NCBI GenBank assembly: GCA_018971305.1
Contig: JAGXBC010000002.1
Location: 80,046 to 144,045, forward strand
Reading direction: 5' to 3'
Length of the DNA stretch: 64,000 bases
DNA from: Patescibacteria group bacterium
GTDB lineage: Bacteria > Patescibacteriota > Minisyncoccia > UBA6257 > 2-01-FULL-56-20
In this document: positions 27,400 through 37,367 of the stretch, piece by piece
Layout: every line of letters begins with the position of its first letter
Numbering within the stretch: position 1 is the stretch's first letter
Position numbers and translations under genes: made by a program
The notes under the pieces: model-generated
Seen by the model: only the letters and a program-made list of their open reading frames with translations
Databases searched by the model: none
Told to the model about the DNA's origin: nothing

Positions 27400-29118
27400 T
27401 TATTCCAATTTATAGCTTATCTCGCGCACTCCTTTTATTTGTTTCACTTTGAAAACCAGCTTTTCTATTTTTTGTTTGTCGGTTGTCGCGCACTCTATTT
27501 TATGCAAAGAAAAATGGCTGCCTCCGGGGGAGTTCGGAGTGTGGAAGCTGAGGATGTTTACGTGCGATCTGCTGATGACCGAAGAAATATCTTTGATTAT
27601 TCCCAGACGGTTTTCCGTGGTTATTCTGAGTTCTGTTTTGGAAGGCGCGGATACGCTGGTGGCGAAACTGTTTTTCCCGCGCAGGGCAGTTCTCACGCGA
27701 TCGCGAGCGATGGCGGTTTTTACGAATTTAAGCCAGTCCTCGGAGGGCTTTTTATTTTTTTGCGTTAGGATTTCCACGAGGTCGCCGGAGCGCAACTCGT
27801 GGCTCAGGGGAACGAGCTGGTTGTTCACTTTGGCGCCTACGCAGGAATTGCCTATGTCCGTATGTATCTGATAAGCGAAATCAATGGGAGTCGCCCCTTT
27901 CGGCAGGTCAATAACGTCGCCGCGCGGGGTGATGGCAAAAATCCTGTCTTTAAAAAAATCTATTTTCATTGACTGGAGGAATTCTTCCGAGTCCGCGCCG
28001 CCCTGCTCTTCATTTTGTTGGGAAGGAATATAAGCGAGCCAATTTTTTAGTTGCTCTATCCAGCGGATATCTTCGGCTGTTTTTTTGGAGCGCATCTTTT
28101 CTCCGCTTCTTGCCTGTTGATACAACCAATGCGCAGCAATGCCGTACTCGTTTTCCTCGTGCATTTCTTCGGTTCTAATCTGGACTTCCAATATCTTTTC
28201 ATCCGGACCGATGATGGTTGTGTGCAGGCTTCGGTAGCCGTTCGGTTTAGGCATGGCAATGTAATCTTTTATCCGTCCCGGCAGAGGCGGCCATTTTTCG
28301 TGAATAAGACCGAGGACGGCGTAGCATTCTGGAATGGTTTTTACGATAATACGCATGGCAACAAGGTCGTATATTTTTTCTATGTCCATGTCGTGGCGCA
28401 GAAGCTTTTGATACAAACTGCTGTAACGCTTGGCGCGAAAATCAATGCTTACGAGGCGGATGTCGTGTTCCTTCAACATTTTTCTCACTTCCGGTTCTAT
28501 TTTCTCCAGATATTTTCTGCGCGCTTCAAAGTGCTCCACGGCAATAGTGTGGAGCCATTTGTCCTTGTCCGGATGGAGATAGGGGAAGGCGAGGTCATAA
28601 AGCTCGCCGGCGAGATTTTGCATACCCAAGCGATAGGCGATGGGAGCGTAAATTTCGTCTGTTTCCATGGCAATCCTTTTCTGCTTTTGCGGCGGCAGAG
28701 CTTTAAGGGTATTCATGTTGTGCAGGCGGTCGGCGAGTTTAATAAAAACCACTCGCAGGTCCTGGCTGATGGAAAAAATGAGCTTTCTCAGATTCTCAAT
28801 TTTTTCCTGCGTGCCGCGGTATTTTATGTGTCCGAGTTTTGTTACGCCGTCCACAAGGAACGCCACGTCGTCGCCGAATTCTTTGCGCACCTGTTCAAGC
28901 GTTGCCGGTGTGTCTTCCACGGTGTCGTGGAGGAGGGCGGCGGCGATGGTCGCTTCGTCCATCCGCCAGCGATTCAAGATTTCCGCCGCGGCCAAGGGAT
29001 GCTCAAAATAATTTTCGCCGCTTTTACGCTTCTGGCCTTTATGGGCGTTTTCGGCAAAACGAAAAGCTCGGGCGATAAGACCCGTGGGATTGGTTTTGAT
29101 ACTTTCTTTAATGGTCAT
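27400..29118 (-). CDS. rel: bifunctional (p)ppGpp synthetase/hydrolase Rel (HD-SYNTH-TGS-ACT)
   Basis: HDTVED, KLADRLHN, KDYIA.PK.NGYRSLHT, EVQIRT, TPIDFAY, C-terminal ACT. Confidence 0.95.
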   Translation of the reverse strand: MTIKESIKTNPTGLIARAFRFAENAHKGQKRKSGENYFEHPLAAAEILNRWRMDEATIAAALLHDTVEDTPATLEQVRKEFGDDVAFLVDGVTKLGHIKYRGTQEKIENLRKLIFSISQDLRVVFIKLADRLHNMNTLKALPPQKQKRIAMETDEIYAPIAYRLGMQNLAGELYDLAFPYLHPDKDKWLHTIAVEHFEARRKYLEKIEPEVRKMLKEHDIRLVSIDFRAKRYSSLYQKLLRHDMDIEKIYDLVAMRIIVKTIPECYAVLGLIHEKWPPLPGRIKDYIAMPKPNGYRSLHTTIIGPDEKILEVQIRTEEMHEENEYGIAAHWLYQQARSGEKMRSKKTAEDIRWIEQLKNWLAYIPSQQNEEQGGADSEEFLQSMKIDFFKDRIFAITPRGDVIDLPKGATPIDFAYQIHTDIGNSCVGAKVNNQLVPLSHELRSGDLVEILTQKNKKPSEDWLKFVKTAIARDRVRTALRGKNSFATSVSAPSKTELRITTENRLGIIKDISSVISRSHVNILSFHTPNSPGGSHFSLHKIECATTDKQKIEKLVFKVKQIKGVREISYKLE

Positions 29119-29245
29119 TTAAGGCGTAGCTTAATTGTAGTCCTATCTTTCAATGTTTTTCAAACCAAGCCGAGCTGTTCTTTGACGTCGTACAGAATCT
29201 ATTATAAAAATAACTTAGCTGTTTTCAATTAACCGAGGTGGAATT

Positions 29246-29719
29246 ATGCAGGGAATGGTGGTGGGTATATTTATTTGCAGTAGGGCCGGAGATCCTCTGA
29301 ATAGCGTTCCTAGCGCTTTCGCTGTTGCGGGCAAGGGATTGCAAGGAGATCGTTATGAAATGGGAACTGGAGTATATTCCAAGCTCGAAAATAAAGTAAG
29401 GCAGGTTTCTATCATAGCCTCCGAGGCGATAATCAAAGCCAATGAAGGGCTAATAGATAGATTTTTACCAGGCGAGACGAGACGCAATATCATCGTTGGC
29501 GGCATTTCGCCGGAAGAACTGAATAAGTTGGTCGGCAAAGAATTTTACATCGGCTGCGTTCGTATGCGCGGCGCGGAACTCTGTCATCCTTGTGACAGGC
29601 CATCGGCTATAACGAAGAAAGACGATTTCAGAAAGGCTTTCCAAATGCGTGGCGGTCTTCTGGCCGAGGTTCTATTCGACGGTCCTATAAGCGTCGGCGA
29701 TACTTTACGCTGGGATTAA
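29246..29719 (+). CDS. MOSC-domain protein
   Basis: GLQGDRY, RQVS, RRNI, CHPC, RGGL..V...G.I.VGD. Confidence 0.88.
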   Translation: MQGMVVGIFICSRAGDPLNSVPSAFAVAGKGLQGDRYEMGTGVYSKLENKVRQVSIIASEAIIKANEGLIDRFLPGETRRNIIVGGISPEELNKLVGKEFYIGCVRMRGAELCHPCDRPSAITKKDDFRKAFQMRGGLLAEVLFDGPISVGDTLRWD

Positions 29720-29725
29720 ATACTC

Positions 29726-32050
29726 CTATTGCTTTTTAATTACTTGTGGCGCTTCCTTGGGAGCGCTCTTTTCTTTTTTACTCTCGTTCTTTTTGGTTTT
29801 CGTTTTGGTTTTGCCGTCGTTATTTTCTTTTTCCGCGGCCTTGGCTTTCCATGTTTTCAGCCCTTCAAGAAGTTCGGCTTCGTTCTCCGGCTTTTTATTC
29901 ATAATAAACAGGCAATCGGGATAGCGCGTGCAGGCGTAAAATGGTTTGCCGCGTCCGCGGGATTTTTTCTCCACTATATCACCCGGCTTTTCGCGGCGTT
30001 CGGGGGATTCCAGGCACATTGGGCACTTAAAACCGGTTTTGTTCCAGATTTTGCCAACGCCTTTGCATTTGGGGTAATCAACGCAGCCAAGGAAAAAGCC
30101 AAAGCGTCCGCGGCGGACCTTCATTTCTTTACCGCAGATAGGGCAGCGTTCATCTTTGGTTTTTTCTTCCAGCTCTTTTATTTTGGCGGCTTCTTCGGGC
30201 ATGGGAAGAGTTACTTTGCTTTCCGGTTCCGGACAGGCAAGGAATTTTCCATTGCGTCCGAACTTGATGAGCATCGGTTTTCCGCAGTGCGGGCAGGGAG
30301 TTTCCGAAATCTCCACTTGTTTCTCAACGGACTTCTCTTTAGCGTTCAGATTTTTCTTGAACGGCTCGTAGAATTCCCGGATTACCGGTACCCACTCAGA
30401 TTTGCCCTCAGCTATTTCGTCTAGTTCTCCTTCTATGTGAGCGGTAAATTTGATATCCACGATTTCCGGAAAATTTTCAACGAGCATATCGTTAACAAGT
30501 ATGCCGATTTCGCTGGGATGATATCGTTTTTCTATTTTTTCTACGTAGCCGCGGTCTTGGATTGTGGAAAGTGTTGGAGCGTATGTTGACGGCCTGCCGA
30601 TGCCCTCCGTTTCCAATGCTTTGATAAGCGTCGCGTCCGAGTAGCGCGCCGGCGGCTCCGTGAAGTGCTTAAGAGGCACAAGTTCCTTAGAAGCAAGGCG
30701 TTCGTTTTTTTGGAGTGGCGGAAGTATGCCCTCTTCGCTCTCCGCATCTTTCTCGTCCTGGCCTTCGGTATAGACCTTCATGAAGCCGTCGAACTTTACA
30801 ACCTGACCGCTCGCCCGGAAAATAAATTTTTCTCCAGCCGAGATGGTGGCGGTGGTTTGCTCAAGCAGCGCGGCCTGCATTTGCGAAGCGATGGTGCGCT
30901 TGGAGATAAGGTCGTACAATCTTTTTTGTCCGCTGTCGCGAAGGGCATCGGATGTTTTCGCCAAGTTTGTGGGACGGATGGCTTCGTGTGCTTCCTGGGC
31001 CCCCTTAGATTTATTCGTGTAGAAACGGGGTTCGGCGAGAGCATAGTTTTCTCCGAAGCGTTCTTTAATAACGGTGCGCGCCTGTGCGAGGGCCGAGGCC
31101 GCGAGGTTTAAACTGTCCGTTCTCATATAGGTTATAAAACCGTTTTCATATAATTTTTGGGCTATAACCATCGTTTGTTTGGCGGAGAAACCGAGGCGGC
31201 GGCCAGCTTCTTGTTGTAGGGTTGAAGTGGTAAACGGCGGCGCAGGCGTGCGCGTTGTGTCTCGTGTTGCGAGCTCTTCAACAATATATTTTGCGCCCTT
31301 CAGGCCGTCGAGAAGCTCCTGTGCCTGATTCTCATCTTTAATATCCATTTTGCCGAGATTTTTCCCATCCACGGAATAAAGCCGGGCTGAAAAAACCTGA
31401 GCACCATTTTCTTTGGCTAGCTGAGCTTCGATTGACCAATATTCTTCAGTCCGGAATTTCTGAATTTCACGTTCGCGTTCTACTATAATCCGCACAGCCA
31501 CAGATTGTACGCGGCCGGCCGAAAGCCCGTAGCGGATTTTTCTCCAAAGAAAAGGGGATAACTCGTAGCCAACAAGGCGGTCCAAAATCCGACGCGCTTG
31601 CTGGGCGTCCACGAGGTGCAGGTCTATTGAGCGCGGATTGGCAAGCGCTTCTTTAATAGCCGACTCCGTTATTTCGTGGAAAACTATCCTCTCGTATTCT
31701 TTTTTGCCCGCGCCGTGCTTTTTGCCCTCTTCTTCGATACCGTCCAAGTTCAACGCCCGAACAAGGTGCCAGGCAATTGCTTCTCCTTCGCGGTCTTCAT
31801 CGGTTGCGAGAATTATTCTTCCCGCTTTTTCGGAATATTTCTTCAGGTTTTCAACTGTAGCGATCGCCTTTTTTGGGATTACGTAGGTTGGCGTGAAATT
31901 ATGCTTTACGTCAATGCCGATCTTGCTTTTCGGCAGATCGCGCAGATGGCCGTATGAAGATTCCACTATAAATTCCTTTCCCAGAAATTTACTTATCGTT
32001 TTCGCCTTGGTGGGCGACTCTACTATGACTAAGCTTGGGCCGGTTTTCAT
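29726..32050 (-). CDS. topA: DNA topoisomerase I with C-terminal Zn ribbons
   Basis: IVESPTKA, DEDREGE, SAGRVQ, ITYMRTD, AHEAIRP, GIGRPSTY. Confidence 0.97.
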   Translation of the reverse strand: MKTGPSLVIVESPTKAKTISKFLGKEFIVESSYGHLRDLPKSKIGIDVKHNFTPTYVIPKKAIATVENLKKYSEKAGRIILATDEDREGEAIAWHLVRALNLDGIEEEGKKHGAGKKEYERIVFHEITESAIKEALANPRSIDLHLVDAQQARRILDRLVGYELSPFLWRKIRYGLSAGRVQSVAVRIIVEREREIQKFRTEEYWSIEAQLAKENGAQVFSARLYSVDGKNLGKMDIKDENQAQELLDGLKGAKYIVEELATRDTTRTPAPPFTTSTLQQEAGRRLGFSAKQTMVIAQKLYENGFITYMRTDSLNLAASALAQARTVIKERFGENYALAEPRFYTNKSKGAQEAHEAIRPTNLAKTSDALRDSGQKRLYDLISKRTIASQMQAALLEQTTATISAGEKFIFRASGQVVKFDGFMKVYTEGQDEKDAESEEGILPPLQKNERLASKELVPLKHFTEPPARYSDATLIKALETEGIGRPSTYAPTLSTIQDRGYVEKIEKRYHPSEIGILVNDMLVENFPEIVDIKFTAHIEGELDEIAEGKSEWVPVIREFYEPFKKNLNAKEKSVEKQVEISETPCPHCGKPMLIKFGRNGKFLACPEPESKVTLPMPEEAAKIKELEEKTKDERCPICGKEMKVRRGRFGFFLGCVDYPKCKGVGKIWNKTGFKCPMCLESPERREKPGDIVEKKSRGRGKPFYACTRYPDCLFIMNKKPENEAELLEGLKTWKAKAAEKENNDGKTKTKTKKNESKKEKSAPKEAPQVIKKQ

Positions 32051-33075
32051 TTATTTAATGTATAACCTTGACTTGTTTCTTGTATTATATCTTTAAGCAA
32101 TAAAAAAGTGATAGCTTGGTTCACGTCCGAAATGTTCAGATTAGTGAGTTCCAGGATTTTGTCAATAGTTGCCGGCGCCGAAAATTTTTTTAACGCGGCA
32201 AAAATCTTTTGCTCAGTATCGGTTTTCGCAATTTCCGAGGTGGGCATTTCTTCCTTCGCTTCAACACCTAAATCTTCTAAAATTTCTTCTGTGGATGTTA
32301 TAAGCATGGCGCCCCTTCTTATTAGCTGATGGGAGCCGCTGAAGTTGGGATGGGAAACTGGTCCGGGCAGAACAAAAACGTCGCGATTTTGGTCCAGGGC
32401 CAGGCTCGCCGTGACTAGCGACCCCGACTCTTTCGGCGCCTCGATTACCAAAACTCCCCGCGAGAGGCCGCTCACGATTCTGTTCCTCTCTAAAAAACGG
32501 TATGGCAATGGTTGTACCCCCGGGGGATATTCGGAGATTATCGCTCCGCCGCCATCCAATATTTTTTTAGCGAGACGTTCGTTGGTTCTGGGGTAGAAAT
32601 AATCCAAGCCGTTTCCGAGAACTGCAACTGTTGTTCCTCCGGCTTCCAGGCAGCCTTCATGGGCAGCGGCATCAATGCCGAGGGCTAAGCCGCTTACAAT
32701 ACATATTCCGGCACGAGAAAGCTCCGCTGCAAATTGTTTGGCCAACTCTTTTCCCTCGTAAGTTGCCTTTCTTGTGCCGACAATTCCCAGATTAATTTTA
32801 TCTTTCGGCATCTTGCCTAGTACATAAATTCCGAACGGAGAGAAAGGAATTTCTTTAAGGGATGGCGGATATTCCGGCGAATTATCAAGGTATAATTTTA
32901 TGCCGAGCTTGTTTAACGATTCCCAGCTATTCTCGGGATCGGTCGCTAAGCCCACCTTCTTAACATCTAACCAAGATCGTTCCCAGCTGCCGAATTTATT
33001 TCTGAGATCTGCGAGCTTCTTATAATTACTGTCAACTGCCAAGTTTACGGAATTATAGAAAATTTCTTCGGACAT
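32047..33075 (-). CDS. dprA: DNA-processing protein DprA
   Basis: IVGTR, VSGLALGID..AH, F..RNRIVSG, SGSL.TA. Confidence 0.95.
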   Translation of the reverse strand: MSEEIFYNSVNLAVDSNYKKLADLRNKFGSWERSWLDVKKVGLATDPENSWESLNKLGIKLYLDNSPEYPPSLKEIPFSPFGIYVLGKMPKDKINLGIVGTRKATYEGKELAKQFAAELSRAGICIVSGLALGIDAAAHEGCLEAGGTTVAVLGNGLDYFYPRTNERLAKKILDGGGAIISEYPPGVQPLPYRFLERNRIVSGLSRGVLVIEAPKESGSLVTASLALDQNRDVFVLPGPVSHPNFSGSHQLIRRGAMLITSTEEILEDLGVEAKEEMPTSEIAKTDTEQKIFAALKKFSAPATIDKILELTNLNISDVNQAITFLLLKDIIQETSQGYTLNK

Positions 33076-33181
33076 TCTTTTGAGTATAGCGAGTAGGATA
33101 TCAAACTGGCAAACCAGCAAAAAATTTGTTCTCCGGTAATAACAAGGATAAATAGTTCATATTCTGATATAATAGACTTAA

Positions 33182-33712
33182 ATGCAGAACAATTTCCGCC
33201 GAGAATTATTCATAAATTTTGGCGTCATAGTGGCGGTTATCCTCATTTTCGGAGCGGTTTTTTATTGGTTTACCGGCGAGCTGTCTTCGCAGGCTAACCA
33301 GATTGCCGCAGATCGGACACTAATATCAAAACGCACTTCGGCCATCGCCGTTTTAGCGGACTTGAAAGACAATTCCGCACAAGCCAATACATATAAACAG
33401 GCAATTGACAAAGTCTTGGTATCTCAAGACCAGCTTCTTACTTTCCCTAATTGGCTGGACAGCTTGGCGCGCGCCAGACAGGTTACGCTCTCATTCTCGT
33501 TCCAGGGAAATCAAACCGCTCCCCAAGGGGACTCTCCTGGATATATACAATTCTCCATCAATGCATCGGGGGATTTGAGCAACATTATTTCTTTCATTAA
33601 AGACGTGGAATTCCAATCGCCGCAATTCCTGGTAAGTTTGGATGGTTTTAGTTTGAGCGGCGCAGGATCAAATTATAGTGTTTCGTTAGGTGGCAGAGTA
33701 TTTTTCAAATAA
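33182..33712 (+). CDS. PilO-like type IV pilus alignment protein
   Basis: N-terminal TM, coiled coil, ferredoxin-like C-terminus (G....I..F...E). Confidence 0.6.
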   Translation: MQNNFRRELFINFGVIVAVILIFGAVFYWFTGELSSQANQIAADRTLISKRTSAIAVLADLKDNSAQANTYKQAIDKVLVSQDQLLTFPNWLDSLARARQVTLSFSFQGNQTAPQGDSPGYIQFSINASGDLSNIISFIKDVEFQSPQFLVSLDGFSLSGAGSNYSVSLGGRVFFK

Positions 33713-33720
33713 AAAAGTAT

Positions 33721-33933
33721 ATGAAAAAATTTTTCAAAAATCATCCGGAAACGCTCCTGATAATCTTGGCAATTTTCTTTGTGATGGTCATAGCCATGTC
33801 TTTTGTGTTCGGCATAAAGACTGTAATCGTATCCCTTAATAATGCGGTCGGGTTAGGAGGAAAGGGAACCAATAGTGCGAACTTTGATATTAAGGGGGCC
33901 GCCGCTCTGGACTTGAAAGGGCTCGTGAAGTAA
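33721..33933 (+). CDS. small membrane protein
   Basis: 70 aa with one TM; follows the PilO-like gene. Confidence 0.55.
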   Translation: MKKFFKNHPETLLIILAIFFVMVIAMSFVFGIKTVIVSLNNAVGLGGKGTNSANFDIKGAAALDLKGLVK

Positions 33934-33960
33934 TATAGTTTTTAATATTATATAGTAGCT

Positions 33961-34032
33961 GCGCGCTTAGCTCAGTGGTAGAGCGTCACATTGACATTGT
34001 GAAGGCCGGAGGTCCGATCCCTCCAGCGCGCA
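33961..34032 (+). tRNA. tRNA-Val(GAC)
   Basis: GCGCGCT/AGCGCGC acceptor, TCACA-TTGACAT-TGTGA; T-loop reads TCCGATC. Confidence 0.93.
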
Positions 34033-34123
34033 CACTCCAGTGATAGGTGTTTCAAGACCGTAAGATATGAGGTTCCTGGGCGTCCTTGAGCCTTGACCCT
34101 CTAGTACACTGAAACTCTATCAC

Positions 34124-34161
34124 ATGAAAATACCGCGACGAAATCGTCGCGGTATTTTCAT
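34124..34161. terminator. bidirectional terminator hairpin
   Basis: perfect 17-bp stem ATGAAAATACCGCGACG/CGTCGCGGTATTTTCAT between tRNA-Val and the recombinase 3' end. Confidence 0.8.
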
Positions 34162-34180
34162 CTCGGGCTTTTCGTTCCGG

Positions 34181-35521
34181 CTACGATGTTTCCTGCGGCA
34201 TCAAGCTGATCACTCTATCTTTGAGCATCAATCGGCTCTTGAGATTTGATAGCAGTTCGCGCTTCTCCGTAATCGTGCCTTCCGTCAGGATATATATGGC
34301 GTAGGATTTGGCATCGAATATCTCCGGCTCAGCATTCTGTTCACGACTTTTGCCCAAGGCAACCCTCCGGAACTTGTTGTATCGCGTAATTTCGTCTTTG
34401 AATTTTTGCTTCACACCTAGCTCGTTCATATCAAGCGTGTCGAGCATCGCCACGATCTGTTCGATGATTTCCTCCTCTTTGATGTACCCGCATTGACAGT
34501 TCACGTCGCGCTTCTTCGTGCAGCCGTAGTAGACGTACCGATGGGTATTCCCGTTCTTCTGGTATTTCCATTTTTCCGATGCTGTGATGCCCGATCCGCA
34601 TAATCCGCACGTTATCAATTTCGTGAAGGCAAACTCTTTGTCGTTTTTTACCTCGCTCCGTTTCAATTGCTCCCGCGCCCGATCATACAGTTCTTTTGTT
34701 ATGAGCGGCGCATGGGCACCGGTATACCATTTCCCCGATCCTTCGGGGAATTCGAACGTGCCGTAGTAAAATGTTTTCTGCAGGATGATGAAGATGTTCC
34801 CGAGCGAGAGGAATTTCCCGTTCACAGTTTTGAACTTGATGTCGTTCTTTAGCCACACATAGAGCCGTCGTCCCGACCACTGCTCATTCGCGACTTTCTC
34901 GAACATCTGGCGGATGATAGGAGCACGGACAGGATCCACGATCACTTGGCACTTTCGATCTTTTCGTTTCTCGTTCAAGTAACCGGTGGGCGCGATACCC
35001 GGCCAGAGGCCTTGTTCGACGCGCGTTCGCAATCCTCGCTTCACATTCTCCGATTTGTTGTCATTCTCGAGTTTCGCTGTCGAGCACAGAATCATCAGCA
35101 TAAACTTCTCGCTTGGATTGTTTGTAAATTTCTGCGAGAAGGTTCTGATTTCCAAAAGTAGCTTCTGATCCATGAGATCGACGAGCGCACCGAGATCGCC
35201 CGCATTTCTTGAAAGGCGATCCGGCGCCCATGTGAGGATGCCTGTAAATTTGCCGGATCGGATATCAAGAACGAGCCCGTTGAAAACCTCTCTTTGCCCT
35301 ACGGCTTTGGCGGAATGGCTTTCCTTTCTGATCTCAGCGATCTCGAGTCCATCGCGTTCCGCGATCTTGATCATCTCCTTGATTTGGCTGTCTATTGAAA
35401 GGACTTGCTGTTCCTCGCTCTCTGTACTCTTTCTTGCATACAGACAGTAGGCGACCTTTACTGGCAGCGGCTGGTTGGTTGAGGTCGCCGCTCCTGCCGA
35501 CCCCTTAGTTTGGTTAGTCAT
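34181..35521 (-). CDS. large serine recombinase 1
   Basis: YARKST catalytic Ser, DRLSRN, recombinase domain, Zn ribbon CGLCG...YYGC..C. Confidence 0.95.
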   Translation of the reverse strand: MTNQTKGSAGAATSTNQPLPVKVAYCLYARKSTESEEQQVLSIDSQIKEMIKIAERDGLEIAEIRKESHSAKAVGQREVFNGLVLDIRSGKFTGILTWAPDRLSRNAGDLGALVDLMDQKLLLEIRTFSQKFTNNPSEKFMLMILCSTAKLENDNKSENVKRGLRTRVEQGLWPGIAPTGYLNEKRKDRKCQVIVDPVRAPIIRQMFEKVANEQWSGRRLYVWLKNDIKFKTVNGKFLSLGNIFIILQKTFYYGTFEFPEGSGKWYTGAHAPLITKELYDRAREQLKRSEVKNDKEFAFTKLITCGLCGSGITASEKWKYQKNGNTHRYVYYGCTKKRDVNCQCGYIKEEEIIEQIVAMLDTLDMNELGVKQKFKDEITRYNKFRRVALGKSREQNAEPEIFDAKSYAIYILTEGTITEKRELLSNLKSRLMLKDRVISLMPQETS

Positions 35522-35617
35522 ACCCTAAGGGATGACGCAACCCCGCCCAGGAGTCCAGAGCGTCCTGGGAACCTCCCAAAACCCCTAAAATCTCTTATTT
35601 GCATTGTAAAAGGCCCT

Positions 35618-35672
35618 ATAACCTATGATAACCTATGAAGGTATTGACTTTACAAAATAGATCGATTAGAAT
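35618..35672 (+). promoter_or_regulatory. sigma70 promoter of hsdM with upstream tandem repeat
   Basis: TTGACT (35644)-17 bp-TAGAAT (35667); ATAACCTATG x2 at 35618-35637. Confidence 0.7.
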
Positions 35673-35684
35673 AGGGTTAACGGT

Positions 35685-37367
35685 ATGCGTAAAGATATAC
35701 AAGCAAAACTCAAGGGAATGCCGGAATTGCTCTCTATCAGCCAGGTAGCTGAGATTTTTAATATTCACCCTGATACTCTCCGGAACTGGGAAAAGGACGG
35801 TATTTTAGTGCCCTTGCGGGCTGGTAAGCGCGGCGATCGCAAATACCGTCCGCAGGACATTCAGGCCATCGTGGACAAGATGGGCAGCAAACTCACCCTG
35901 CCGCAGCTTGAGCAGTTTCTTTGGAAGAGCGCCGATATTCTTCGCGGCAAGATTGATAGTTCCGATTATAAAAAATATATATTCGGACTTCTTTTCTACA
36001 AGCGTATCAGCGACGTATGGGACGAGGAATATAAGCGCGTCATGGAGGAATACAAAGATGAGACTATCGCGCGGGCCGACTACAACCATCGTTTTCAAGT
36101 ACCGCCGGATTGCCGGTGGTCTGTTATTGAGGAACAGGCGGAAAATATCGGTCCGAAGCTTAACGGAATTTTTGATAAGCTCACGAATGCAAACAGCCCT
36201 AAACTGGACAAAATTTTTGATGATCTCGATTTCGCCCATAAAGATAAATTTCCGAACGAAACTACTCAGCGTTTAATAAACCACTTCTCGCAATATAATT
36301 TTGGCGACACTTACATCAACTCCGACCTTCTTGGAGATGCATATGAATATCTCATAAAGCAATTCGCGGCTGATGCCGGAAAGAAAGGTGGGGAGTTTTA
36401 CACCCCGCGCGAAGTTGAGCGTGTCATCATCCAAATTCTTAATCCCCACAAGAAAGACCACATATATGATCCCACGGTTGGGTCCGGTGGTTTTTTGCTC
36501 GAAGCCTACCATCACTTAAAAGAAAAAGAGGGCGAGAAAATTGCTCGCACGCTCTATCTATATGGGCAGGAGATAAATATCAGCACGTTTGCGATTGCCA
36601 AGATCAACATGTTCCTCCATGGACTTGATGCAGCTGATATTCAACGCGGCGATACACTTGCAAATCCCCAATTTCTGAATCCGAACGGAACATTAAAAAC
36701 CTTCGACATCTGCGTGGCAAATCCCCCCTATTCAATCAGTGACTGGGAAAATGAAATGTTCAAAGAACGGTATGGCCGAGTGGAGGGATATGAAATACCG
36801 CCAAAAAGTAATGCTGACTACGCTTTCGTACTCCACATCATTAAGTCCATGAACTCAAACGGCCGAGCTGGTATCGTGTTGCCGCACGGTGTTCTATTCC
36901 GTGCCGGTGCCGAGGGACGCATCCGAGAGCAAATACTCAAAAACGACCTTATTGAGGCGGTGATCGCACTTCCACCCAAGCTTTTCTATGGCACTGGTAT
37001 TCCGGCGGCCATTCTCATCTTCAATAAAAACAAGTCAGACAGTCACAGGGGAAATGTCCTTATCGTTGACGCCGAGAAGGATTTTTCTGAAGGTAAAAAC
37101 CAGAATTCGCTCCGCGCACAAGACATTCAGAAAATCGTGAAGGCGTATGACAGCTACAGAGATGTCGAGGGCTATGCCCGCGTTGTTAGCCTCAAAGAAG
37201 TCGAGAAGAATGAATATAACCTCAACGTGCACCGATACATAGAAAATGGCGATAAAGAGGAGGAAATAGACGTATCTGTTGTTCGTAAGGAACTTACTGC
37301 GCTCGAGAAGGAACGCGCTGAGGCCGATATAAAAGTCGATGAATTTTTGAATGAGCTTAAATATTGA
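35685..37367 (+). CDS. hsdM: type I RM methyltransferase with N-terminal MerR/excisionase-like HTH
   Basis: LLSISQVAEIFNIHPDTLRNWEK..R.Y HTH; GEFYTP, YDPTVGSGG, NPPY. Confidence 0.95.
   Translation: MRKDIQAKLKGMPELLSISQVAEIFNIHPDTLRNWEKDGILVPLRAGKRGDRKYRPQDIQAIVDKMGSKLTLPQLEQFLWKSADILRGKIDSSDYKKYIFGLLFYKRISDVWDEEYKRVMEEYKDETIARADYNHRFQVPPDCRWSVIEEQAENIGPKLNGIFDKLTNANSPKLDKIFDDLDFAHKDKFPNETTQRLINHFSQYNFGDTYINSDLLGDAYEYLIKQFAADAGKKGGEFYTPREVERVIIQILNPHKKDHIYDPTVGSGGFLLEAYHHLKEKEGEKIARTLYLYGQEINISTFAIAKINMFLHGLDAADIQRGDTLANPQFLNPNGTLKTFDICVANPPYSISDWENEMFKERYGRVEGYEIPPKSNADYAFVLHIIKSMNSNGRAGIVLPHGVLFRAGAEGRIREQILKNDLIEAVIALPPKLFYGTGIPAAILIFNKNKSDSHRGNVLIVDAEKDFSEGKNQNSLRAQDIQKIVKAYDSYRDVEGYARVVSLKEVEKNEYNLNVHRYIENGDKEEEIDVSVVRKELTALEKERAEADIKVDEFLNELKY

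Noticed and set aside
28051-29232. 393-aa plus-strand ORF and other long antisense ORFs (24956-25591, 29729-30424, 50990-51607, 52798-53364)
   Set aside because: They are shadows of well-supported genes on the opposite strand and have no motifs.
34069-35577. GAGGTTCC / GGAACCTC inverted match flanking recombinase 1
   Set aside because: Only 8 bp identical with poor extension; cannot be distinguished from chance.
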